NCBI GenBank assembly: GCA_031274845.1
Contig: JAISPN010000209.1
Coordinates: forward strand, 1-39,037
Reading direction: 5' to 3'
Source: Acidobacteriaceae bacterium
GTDB lineage: Bacteria; Acidobacteriota; Vicinamibacteria; Vicinamibacterales; CAVVIG01
DNA: 39,037 nucleotides
Shown: one piece after another, positions 26,991 through 35,001 of the stretch
Layout of the letters: each line of letters begins with the position of its first letter
Position numbering within the stretch: position 1 is the stretch's first letter
Notes under the pieces: generated by a model
Database searches by the model: none
What the model was told of the DNA's origin: nothing
The model's input: only the letters and a program-made list of their open reading frames with translations
Made by a program: the position numbers and the translations under genes

Positions 26991-27014
26991 CTATGACACC
27001 TCAAATGAGGTTGT

Positions 27015-28652
27015 TCAGGATACGGCCAGCCGGCGATAGATGCGGGGCGTCATGCCGGTGACGCGTCTGAAGGTGGCAGCGAAGTGCTTCTCGCTCGAGA
27101 AGCCGCACGTCGCCGAGACATCCGCATGATTGAAGCGCGGGTCGACAAGAAGCTGCCGGGCTCTGGCAATTCGCCGCAGGATGACGAACTGGTGCGGCGT
27201 CAGGTTGGTGGTCGCCTGAAACCGGGCGATGAACTGCGAGCGCGCCATCCCGACCACGCCAGAGAGTTCGGCGATGCGCATGTTGAACGCGAGATGTTCA
27301 GCGATGTAGTCGGCGATGAGGCGGATCTCTCTGGAGTTGAGCGGCACGGCTCGAAACGTGGCGCGCCGGGAGTGGCGGCTCGAGTAGTTCGCCAGCAGAT
27401 GTGCCGCCAGCGCGTGCGACAGATAATCCATCTTGAGCTGGTTGCCTGACGTCGGCTCGCCGAGCGCCCGCCTCACCGAGGCCATCATCCGCTGCAACAC
27501 CGGATCGGTGAACCCGAACACGGTCTGGATATCGCGAGGCCCGCCTGCATCAAACAATTCCTCGCGGACTTTGTCGATCACCGGTTGCCGCAGGTAGATG
27601 TGCAGCGCTTGCACCGGGGTTGGAATTTCATCGTGGGCCGCATCGCCCGCGCCGGTGGTCGAGATGGCGTACTCCGGCAGGGCGTGCGTGTGGATGCCGG
27701 CGCTGCTGGTGCGCTGGAGTTCGAGCGGAGAAAACGCCATCGCGAGCCAGACGGCCGGAACCGCGCCGAAGATCGCCGCGTGCGGAGATTCGTCCGTGAC
27801 GGCGGCAAAAAGATCCGTCCATCCCCGCCCCTCGCTGGACGCCATTATGCGGACACGGTCGTTCACCGTCAGGGACGTTTGGTCCAACTGGAACTCCGGC
27901 GAGGCCGGAACGTGGCCATGCTTGACAGCCTGCTGTCCCACACCGTCGATAGACGCGTACAGTTGTATTTGCCGCCGGGCAGGTTGCAACAACCGCTCAG
28001 TGCCATGCAGGGACACATCCGGCATGATTTCCCGCGACAGAATTTTTGCGCGGTACGCAAGCGGCGTCACCTTCAGGAAGGGGCGCGTGACCGTGCCGAG
28101 ATGGGAGGCGCTGACGAAGCCGCACTGCGCCGCAATCTCCGCGATGCTCAAATCCCGGTACGCGAGCAGCGCCTTCGCGCGGTCGACCCGGATCTCGGTG
28201 ATCACCCGTTGCACCGTCACGCCAGTGGTGGCTTTGAACCGACGGAGAAACGTCATGCGGCTCATGTTGAGATACCGCGCCAGCTCCTCGATCGTGATCG
28301 CGCGCGAAAGATGAGCCTCGATGTATTCGTACAGCAGGAAGGCGTGCCGCGCGGTCAGACCAACCGCAACCGACGCCAAGGGTTGCACGAACTCGACATC
28401 GGCAATCTTGCGCTGCAGCACATGAGCCGCAACGGCACGGCACAGAAATTTGGCCGACGCGCTATCCGGAGATTCGCGTAACGCCCGCCTGAGCGATCTG
28501 AGGAGCGACAGCAATCCCCGATCGGCGAGCGAGAGCGCCGATGGCAACGTGACCTGCCTGACGAACCCTTTTCCGTAAATGCGCTCGGCAACCTCTGCAA
28601 GCACGGATGCCGGCAGAACCGCGCGCACATCAAACAATCTGCGTCCCTGCAC
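27015..28652 (-). CDS. AraC/XylS-family regulator with two complete HTH_18 DNA-binding modules in a single 545-codon frame
   Basis: HTH module 1 spans residues ~100-203 (nt 28044-28355). A ~230-aa sensor-like region follows. HTH module 2 spans residues ~438-541 (nt 27030-27341). The two modules and their preceding linkers are clearly paralogous by eye. An internal ATG at 28025 would give a standard 336-aa AraC. Confidence 0.8.
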   Translation of the reverse strand: MQGRRLFDVRAVLPASVLAEVAERIYGKGFVRQVTLPSALSLADRGLLSLLRSLRRALRESPDSASAKFLCRAVAAHVLQRKIADVEFVQPLASVAVGLTARHAFLLYEYIEAHLSRAITIEELARYLNMSRMTFLRRFKATTGVTVQRVITEIRVDRAKALLAYRDLSIAEIAAQCGFVSASHLGTVTRPFLKVTPLAYRAKILSREIMPDVSLHGTERLLQPARRQIQLYASIDGVGQQAVKHGHVPASPEFQLDQTSLTVNDRVRIMASSEGRGWTDLFAAVTDESPHAAIFGAVPAVWLAMAFSPLELQRTSSAGIHTHALPEYAISTTGAGDAAHDEIPTPVQALHIYLRQPVIDKVREELFDAGGPRDIQTVFGFTDPVLQRMMASVRRALGEPTSGNQLKMDYLSHALAAHLLANYSSRHSRRATFRAVPLNSREIRLIADYIAEHLAFNMRIAELSGVVGMARSQFIARFQATTNLTPHQFVILRRIARARQLLVDPRFNHADVSATCGFSSEKHFAATFRRVTGMTPRIYRRLAVS

Positions 28653-28717
28653 TGTGCGCAGCCTTGTCCTTTTATCGAAGATGCACTGAGTGGTTCAAAA
28701 AAGAACTGCACTCATTT

Positions 28718-28748
28718 TATCAATATAATGATGCTTTTAATCAATATA
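28718..28748. promoter_or_regulatory. Two direct repeats ATCAATATA spaced 21 bp, inside a 30% GC divergent control region
   Basis: tATCAATATA lies at 28718-28727 and aATCAATATA at 28739-28748. A second repeat pair, TGCACT, lies at 28682-28687 and 28707-28712. My count is 30 G+C in nt 28701-28800. Confidence 0.4.
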
Positions 28749-28866
28749 GATATTTTACGTCTAATCTTCAAGCGATATGACATTGAGCCAATAACGGGAA
28801 TAGAAATATCCCTAATCACCAGATGCCCAGATCGCCCAATGACCACCCCGCGGAGACCGTTTTAAA

Positions 28867-29475
28867 ATGAACAGCGTGAAAACCTGCTCAGTGTTGTTCG
28901 CCGTGGTGCTCGCGTTGACGGCGGCGTGCGGCAACAAACCGCCGGACGATCCGGCGGACTACGCCACGAAAATCGCCGCCGGGCGCGCAGCCAAGGATGA
29001 GGAGTTCCAGCGATCGAACGATCCGATTCCCCCGGATCGGAAGGCGCAGTTCCTGCCCCTCGCGTACTTCTCCATCGATCCGGCCTACAACATCGTCGCC
29101 GCGCTCGAAGAATCGCCGGACAGACCGTCGCTGATGATGCCGACCTCGAGCGGTCAGCTGCGCCGCATGTTCCGGATCGGCACGCTCCGATTCACGCTCA
29201 AGGGGCAGCCGATGACGCTCGGCGCGTTTACCGAAGGCGATCTCAACACGCTCTTCGTGCCGTTCAGCGATCTCACAAGCGGCACCGAAACCTACGCCGC
29301 CGGACGCTTCCTCGATCTGAAACGGACCGGCACGAACATCTACGAGCTCGATTTCAACCGCGCCTATATTCCGTACTGCTACTACAACGCGACGTTCGAG
29401 TGTCCCTACCCTCCCGCGGAGAATCGCCTGAAGGTCGCGATTCGCGCCGGCGAGCGCATGAAGCCGTCCGCCTGA
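28867..29475 (+). CDS. DUF1684-family lipoprotein
   Basis: 202-aa ORF with lipobox LTAAC. FLPLAYFSIDPAY, LFVPFSDLTSGTETYAAGRFLD and FNRAYIPYCYYN..FECPYPPAENRL match the DUF1684 pattern. Confidence 0.8.
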   Translation: MNSVKTCSVLFAVVLALTAACGNKPPDDPADYATKIAAGRAAKDEEFQRSNDPIPPDRKAQFLPLAYFSIDPAYNIVAALEESPDRPSLMMPTSSGQLRRMFRIGTLRFTLKGQPMTLGAFTEGDLNTLFVPFSDLTSGTETYAAGRFLDLKRTGTNIYELDFNRAYIPYCYYNATFECPYPPAENRLKVAIRAGERMKPSA

Positions 29476-30149
29476 TGATTCGCGCTGTCATCTTCGATTT
29501 CGACGGCGTCCTCGCGAACAGCGAGCCGCTGCACTTCCGTGCGTTTCGCGACGTCCTCGCCACGCGCGGCATCACGCTCAGCGAACGCGCCTACTACGAA
29601 CGCTATCTCGGCTTCGACGATGTCGGGGCGTTTCAGGCGATTAGTCACGACGCTGGCGCGCCGTTTGACGGCAAGACCATCACCGCGCTCGTCGCAGAGA
29701 AAGCGGGACATCTCGAAGCGCTCGAACGTGAGGGATCGGTGCTCTTCCCTGGCGCGCGTGACGCCGTCATGCGGATGGCCGCCTTTGGACCGATTGCGAT
29801 TGCCTCCGGCGCGCTCCGCGGCGAAATTGAACGCGTGCTCGTCCGCGAGCAGCTCGCCGCGATGTTTCCCGTCATCGTCGCGGCCGAGGACACGCCGTCA
29901 AGCAAACCCGATCCCGCGCCGTACCGCCTCGCCGTCGAACGCCTCGGACACCACGCTGGCATCACGCTCGCGCCCGAGGAATGCGTCGCCGTTGAAGACT
30001 CACGATGGGGACTGGTATCAGCGCGCGATGCCGGCCTTCACACCATCGGCATCACGCACAGCTACCCGGCCGAAGAACTGCAATCCGCCGCAGACTCTCT
30101 GATCGCCCACCTCGATCAACTCGACGCGCACCTGCTCCATCGCCTGTAG
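29475..30149 (+). CDS. HAD-superfamily hydrolase (beta-phosphoglucomutase/phosphatase-like, subfamily IA)
   Basis: ATG 29475 in a TGATG overlap gives MIRAVIFDFDGVLANSEPLH (DxDG motif I). Later SG, K and ED motifs are present. The listed start at 29400 lies inside the upstream gene. Confidence 0.85.
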   Translation: MIRAVIFDFDGVLANSEPLHFRAFRDVLATRGITLSERAYYERYLGFDDVGAFQAISHDAGAPFDGKTITALVAEKAGHLEALEREGSVLFPGARDAVMRMAAFGPIAIASGALRGEIERVLVREQLAAMFPVIVAAEDTPSSKPDPAPYRLAVERLGHHAGITLAPEECVAVEDSRWGLVSARDAGLHTIGITHSYPAEELQSAADSLIAHLDQLDAHLLHRL

Positions 30150-30185
30150 CAGGCGCAGACCAAGAGCGCTGCGGGACTTGACCGG

Positions 30186-31571
30186 TTACGCGCCGGATTT
30201 TCCGACTTTGGCGATTTCTTCGTACAGCACGGCTGATGCGACGATGCCGTTGTGGAAGTTGGAGATGTCCAGCTTCTCGTTTGGCGCGTGCGCGTTTTCG
30301 TCGGGGAGGCCGACGCCGAAGAGCACGGAGGGGAGGCCCAGTTCTTCCTGAAACGTCGACACAACCGGAATCGATCCGCCTTCGCGCGTGAAGATGGGCG
30401 CGCGGCCAAACCCCTGCTCGATCGCGCGGCCCGCGGCCTGCACATAGGGATGATCGAACGAGGTCATCCACGGCTTGCCGCCTTGCATCCGCGTGACCGT
30501 CACCTCGACCGACTTCGGCGCGTTCTTCTCGACATACGCCTGAAACAGATCCGCAATCTTGTTCGGGTCCTGATCGGGGACTAGCCGCATGCTGATCTTC
30601 GCCATCGCCACCGCCGGCAGGACGGTCTTCGCCCCTTCGCCAGTAAAGCCCGAGAGAAGGCCGTTCACTTCGAGCGTGGGACGCGCCCAGGTTCGTTCGA
30701 GCGTGCTGTAGCCGGTCTCGCCAAACAGCTTGGGAATCCCGAAGTCTTTCCGGTACGTCTTCTCGTTGAACGGCAACTGCGCCCACGCGTTCCGCTCCGC
30801 CTCCTGCAACGGACGGACATCGTCATAGAAACCAGGAATCCTGATGCGGCCGCTGCGATCTTTCATGCCGTCGATGAGCTGCGCCATGGCAAACGCGGGA
30901 TTGATGACGGCGCCACCAAACGATCCCGAGTGCAGGTCGGTGTTGCTGCCGCGAAAATCGATCTGGAGGTAGACGAGGCCGCGCAGGCCGTAGCAGATCG
31001 ACGGCACGCCACGCGCGAACATCGGCGAATCGGAGATGACGACGACATCGGCGGCAAGCAGCGCCTTGTTGGCGCGAACGAACTCGTCCAGATGCTCGCT
31101 GCCAACTTCTTCCTCGCCTTCGAGAAGGATCTTGATGTTGACCGGCAGGCGGCCATTCTGTGTGAGGTGCGCCTCGATCGCCTTGAGGTGCATGAACACC
31201 TGACCTTTGTCGTCGGCGGAGCCGCGCGCGTAGATTTCGCCGTCGCGAATCGTCGCCTCGAACGGCGGCGACTGCCACAGATCCAGCGGATCGACCGGCT
31301 GCACGTCGTAGTGGCCGTAGAAGAGAATCGTCGGCGCGCCCTCGGCGCCCATCCACTCGCCGTAGACAACCGGATGCCCCGGCGTCTCGATGAGCCTGAC
31401 GCCTTGTAGTCCGATGCGCGTCATCTCGCCGCCGCACCACTCGGCGCAACGGCGCACGTCGGCCGCGTGCTCGGGCAACGCGCTGATGCTTGGAATCGCA
31501 AGCAGCGCTTTCAGTTCGTCAAGGTAACGGTCGCGATTGACCTGAATGAAATCGATGACGTTGTTCATCAC
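30186..31571 (-). CDS. M20-family metallopeptidase (dipeptidase/ArgE/DapE-like)
   Basis: 461-aa ORF with GHYDVQP, GSADDKGQ and EGEEEVGS metal-binding motifs. Confidence 0.88.
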   Translation of the reverse strand: MMNNVIDFIQVNRDRYLDELKALLAIPSISALPEHAADVRRCAEWCGGEMTRIGLQGVRLIETPGHPVVYGEWMGAEGAPTILFYGHYDVQPVDPLDLWQSPPFEATIRDGEIYARGSADDKGQVFMHLKAIEAHLTQNGRLPVNIKILLEGEEEVGSEHLDEFVRANKALLAADVVVISDSPMFARGVPSICYGLRGLVYLQIDFRGSNTDLHSGSFGGAVINPAFAMAQLIDGMKDRSGRIRIPGFYDDVRPLQEAERNAWAQLPFNEKTYRKDFGIPKLFGETGYSTLERTWARPTLEVNGLLSGFTGEGAKTVLPAVAMAKISMRLVPDQDPNKIADLFQAYVEKNAPKSVEVTVTRMQGGKPWMTSFDHPYVQAAGRAIEQGFGRAPIFTREGGSIPVVSTFQEELGLPSVLFGVGLPDENAHAPNEKLDISNFHNGIVASAVLYEEIAKVGKSGA

Positions 31572-31586
31572 GGGATTCGGGCTCCT

Positions 31587-32360
31587 TCAGTTTCGCGCGG
31601 TCACGCGCCGCCAGCGGTCCTTGTCTTCGCACACCGTTCCCTCGTTGCGAAGTTTCTCGAGGTGCGCGCGCACATTTTCCGCGGCGGCCGGTAGCCGCGC
31701 CGGCGACAGTCCATCATAGATGGTTTGCGTGATCTCCGGCACGGTGTCATGCCCGGCGTCGAGCGTCTCTAGCACCTGCCGTTCGCGCTGCACGCGATGC
31801 GCTATTGCCACGCGCACGCTCGCGTCCACATCGGTCACCTCAGCCCCGTGAGCGGGGAGCAGCCGTTCCGCGCCAAGCTGCCTGACGCGATCGAGGGATG
31901 CCAGATACGCCGCAAGGTTGCCGCCGCGTGTCGACGGAATCATCACGCTGGCGCCGGGGACGATGAGATCGGCGGCAAAGATCGTCCGGCTCGGCGCGTG
32001 CCACAAAGCGATGTGATCGGGCGCATGGCCGGGCGTATGCACGACCTGCAGCGTGTCGCCGCCCACGTGTACGAGGTCGCCATCCGCAAGCGGGTACCAG
32101 CGGACCTGCTGCTGGCGGTCGCGCTCTGGCCACGGCATCTTCAGGAATCTGGCTGACGGATACGCGGCCGCGAGCGCTGACGCGCCGCTCACATGATCCG
32201 AGTGCGCGTGCGTGACGACGACCGTTGTCAATTTCGCGTCGTGTTCGGCAAGCGCATCGGCAATGAGCGTCAGGTGCGACGGCGCGCCAACGCCTGCATC
32301 GATGAGCGTTGCCTCCCCATCGGCGATCAGCAGATATGTGTTGTTTCCTCGTCCGGTCAT
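31587..32360 (-). CDS. MBL-fold metallo-hydrolase (LACTB2-like); the true N-terminus is probably 14-15 codons upstream, at a non-canonical start
   Basis: 257-aa ORF from the first ATG with a THAHSDHVSG motif. The in-frame upstream codons encode VILFTIVTINAGNPGP, continuous with MTGRGNNTYLL, which looks like conserved N-terminal MBL sequence. See the related finding. Confidence 0.85.
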   Translation of the reverse strand: MTGRGNNTYLLIADGEATLIDAGVGAPSHLTLIADALAEHDAKLTTVVVTHAHSDHVSGASALAAAYPSARFLKMPWPERDRQQQVRWYPLADGDLVHVGGDTLQVVHTPGHAPDHIALWHAPSRTIFAADLIVPGASVMIPSTRGGNLAAYLASLDRVRQLGAERLLPAHGAEVTDVDASVRVAIAHRVQRERQVLETLDAGHDTVPEITQTIYDGLSPARLPAAAENVRAHLEKLRNEGTVCEDKDRWRRVTARN

Positions 32361-32413
32361 CGGACCGGGATTACCCGCGTTGATGGTGACGATCGTGAAC
32401 AGGATGACCTCTC

Positions 32414-34966
32414 CTACTCGTACTCGAGCGCTTCAACCAGCGTGCCCCGCACCGCAAGCTCCGCTGGCCAAAGCGCGGCGACAAACGCCGCCAGCAGCAG
32501 CGTCGGCACCAGTTCCAGCGCAGTGGCGACGGGAAACTGATAGTCGAACCGCATGCCGGCGACATCGCGATGCACGATCTGAAGAATGTAGTACAGGTTG
32601 ATGGCGCCGAGCGCGAAGCCGAGCACCAACCCGATTGCGCCGATACTCAGCGCTTCCATCCAGATGGTTCGCCGGATCTGTCCGCGCAACCCACCAACGG
32701 CTTGCAGCACACCCAGCTCGCGACGCCGGTCGGTAATCGACACGGTCAGCGTGTTGACGATGCCGAGGATCGCCACCAGCAACGCCACCGCAATCTGCAC
32801 CGTCGTCAAACCGAACCACTGATCGGTGACGCGCAGGATGTACGCCTTCACCTCGCTGTTTGTCAGCACGAACAGTTGGCGCTCTCCGGCGTAGCGTTCA
32901 AGAATCCGCTGCCTGACCTCGGCGCTGCTGGCGGCCGCGTCCACATAGACACGAAACAGGTTGACGGAGTCGTCGTGCCAGTACTCTCTGAACAGCGCGC
33001 GATCCATCAGAATCGCTCCCTGCTGATCGGAGTAGTCGACCACGATGCCAACAATCGGCAAGTGGATCGTGTCGTGCGGCGAGGGAATCTCGATGGTGTC
33101 GCCGAGCGAGAGATGTCTCAACTGCGCGAGGTTGTCCGAGACGATTAGCCCCTCGCCAGCGGCGGCGGTGTTGTACATCGTGCGCGCGTCGCCCGCGACC
33201 GGCGTGCGTCTGGTCGTCTCGGCGATGCTGTTGATGTCGGTCGCGACGATCATCACCGGCGTATCGCGAAACACGATCCGGGCCGAGCGGACCGCCTGCA
33301 CGCGCGCGACACCGGGCACCGCGGCGATCCCGGCGCCCATCTCTTCGGGGAAGCGGAGCGTGCGCGCGACGATGTCCTGTGATGGAGAAACGAAGAGATC
33401 GGGATTGAGCGCCGCGTCGACCCAACCAAGAATCGACGCGTAGCTCGCGCGCGCCATCCCGGCAAACGCGACAACCAGCGCGAGCGACAACATCACGGCG
33501 GCCACGCTTGCGGATGTTCGCCGTGGCGCCTGAATCAAACTATCCGCGGCCAGCGCTCCTTCGACAGGGCTCACAAGCTTGAGCAGCGGCCGAAGCGCGC
33601 GCGAGAGCCAGAGCGACAGCATCGGTCCGAGCAGCAGCGCGACGACAATCGCAAGCGCGTAGCCAACGTAGAACAACACGCGCGAGTCGCCGAACCACAA
33701 ACAGCCGGCCGACACCACGGCCAGCGCACACGCCAGCCCGCCACGCACGCGATTCTCGCTGCCGGTGAGCATCTGATACTTCCCCTTCTGCAACGCCTGC
33801 ACCGGATCGATGCTGGCCGCCTGACGCGCGGGGATGAGCGCCGCAATGACACTCGTCGCGATGCCGACAAGCAGCGCGCCGCCAAGGAGCACCGGGCTCG
33901 CCGCAACCTCGCCGGTGTGCTGGGCGATGCCATAGACGTCGCTGATGAGTCCACCGATGGACGCCGCGATGCCGCGAGCGATGAGCAGTCCGAAGAGCAC
34001 GCCGCCAATCGAGCCGGCGAATCCTGCCAGCACGCTCTCGCCGAGAAACAGCCACTGGATTTGACGCCTGGTCGCGCCAAGCGCGCGGAGGATGCCGACT
34101 TCGGCGCGCCGCTCGGTGACGGCAATCGCAAACGCGTTGTAGATGATGAACATCCCGATGAAGAGCGCGAAGAGGCTCGAAACGCTGATCATGATCTGGT
34201 AGGCCGCGGTCATCGCTTCGAACTGACGGCCACGGCCGGATGGCGCATCAACCTGCAAGCCTGGACCGAGCAACTGGCGCAGTTCGGTGGTTGCCCGATC
34301 GATGCTGACGCCGTCCGCGACGGCAAGATCGATGCGATCGAACGTCCGGCCGCGGCCGAACATCTTCTGCGCCGCGTAGATGTCCATGATCGCCAGATTG
34401 CCGCCGAACGCGCTCGCGAGTCCCGACGCGCGCATGATGCCGCGCACCGTGAACTGACGATCGCCGAGCACGGTGCCGAGCGTGATGTGGCTGTTGACGT
34501 CCAGACCGTTAGCGGTGGCGAACTCGCGCGTGAGGATGATCGAATCGGGCTGCGCGAGAAACACCAGCGGATCGTCGATGACCGCCTCGTCGCCAGAGTC
34601 GAGATCGTAGTCGCGAAGACTCCGGTCGCCGGTCATGTCGGTGCCAAGCACCAGCAGGCTGCCTTGCCCCGAGGGGCGCGTGTCGACGACCGCTTCAATC
34701 ACCGGCACCGCGACGCGCACCACAGGCGAACTCTGGACCTGCTCCAGCACCTCTTCGTTGAAACCGGTTTCACCGGCCGTCACCTGCAGTTCGGTCTTGC
34801 CGGCGATGCGGTCCACGGTCGAGTTGAACGCGAACAACACGCTTTGATTGGCCGCGTGGATGCCGACAAACACCGCCACGCCAAGCACGATGCCGAGCAG
34901 CGTCAAGGCCGTCCGCAGCACGTGTTTGCGGAAGTACGGCCAGCTCAGAAGCCGCAAAAGGATCAC
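32414..34966 (-). CDS. Duplicated FtsX/MacB-type ABC permease (two FtsX domains, two large periplasmic loops)
   Basis: 850-aa ORF with a GTG start and two FtsX signatures (VTERRAEVGILRALGATRRQI and ITDRRRELGVLQAVGGLRGQI), each within a 4-TM unit. No ATPase gene is adjacent. Confidence 0.85.
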   Translation of the reverse strand: MILLRLLSWPYFRKHVLRTALTLLGIVLGVAVFVGIHAANQSVLFAFNSTVDRIAGKTELQVTAGETGFNEEVLEQVQSSPVVRVAVPVIEAVVDTRPSGQGSLLVLGTDMTGDRSLRDYDLDSGDEAVIDDPLVFLAQPDSIILTREFATANGLDVNSHITLGTVLGDRQFTVRGIMRASGLASAFGGNLAIMDIYAAQKMFGRGRTFDRIDLAVADGVSIDRATTELRQLLGPGLQVDAPSGRGRQFEAMTAAYQIMISVSSLFALFIGMFIIYNAFAIAVTERRAEVGILRALGATRRQIQWLFLGESVLAGFAGSIGGVLFGLLIARGIAASIGGLISDVYGIAQHTGEVAASPVLLGGALLVGIATSVIAALIPARQAASIDPVQALQKGKYQMLTGSENRVRGGLACALAVVSAGCLWFGDSRVLFYVGYALAIVVALLLGPMLSLWLSRALRPLLKLVSPVEGALAADSLIQAPRRTSASVAAVMLSLALVVAFAGMARASYASILGWVDAALNPDLFVSPSQDIVARTLRFPEEMGAGIAAVPGVARVQAVRSARIVFRDTPVMIVATDINSIAETTRRTPVAGDARTMYNTAAAGEGLIVSDNLAQLRHLSLGDTIEIPSPHDTIHLPIVGIVVDYSDQQGAILMDRALFREYWHDDSVNLFRVYVDAAASSAEVRQRILERYAGERQLFVLTNSEVKAYILRVTDQWFGLTTVQIAVALLVAILGIVNTLTVSITDRRRELGVLQAVGGLRGQIRRTIWMEALSIGAIGLVLGFALGAINLYYILQIVHRDVAGMRFDYQFPVATALELVPTLLLAAFVAALWPAELAVRGTLVEALEYE

Positions 34967-34972
34967 GCGTTG

Positions 34973-34989
34973 ATTATGAAGGGTAAAAT
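34973..34989. promoter_or_regulatory. Back-to-back -10-like hexamers in the 35-nt ftsX-like/thyX spacer: CATAAT (minus strand, 6 nt from the permease GTG) and TAAAAT (plus strand, 12 nt from the thyX GTG)
   Basis: The plus strand reads gcgttgATTATGaagggTAAAATagcggaaccgccGTG. No convincing SD is present on either side. Confidence 0.3.
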
Positions 34990-35001
34990 AGCGGAACCGC
35001 C

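Noticed and set aside
26996-27012. Short hairpin acctca-aa-tgaggt between the convergent acyl-CoA dehydrogenase and AraC genes, considered as a bidirectional terminator.
   Set aside because: The stem is only 5-6 bp with a minimal loop and no T-tract. This is too weak to call.
27015-30149. The AraC gene, AT-rich island and DUF1684/HAD block, considered as a horizontally acquired or mobile island.
   Set aside because: There is no integrase, transposase, tRNA target, flanking direct repeats or phage-like genes. Only the 214-nt intergenic region is compositionally deviant, which fits a regulatory region better than an island boundary.
32353-32368. 6-bp stem/4-nt loop (ccggtc-atcg-gaccgg) covering the first ATG of the MBL gene, considered as a translational occlusion hairpin.
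   Set aside because: It is short. If translation starts upstream, as I argue, it is simply coding sequence for the conserved NPGPMTG motif.
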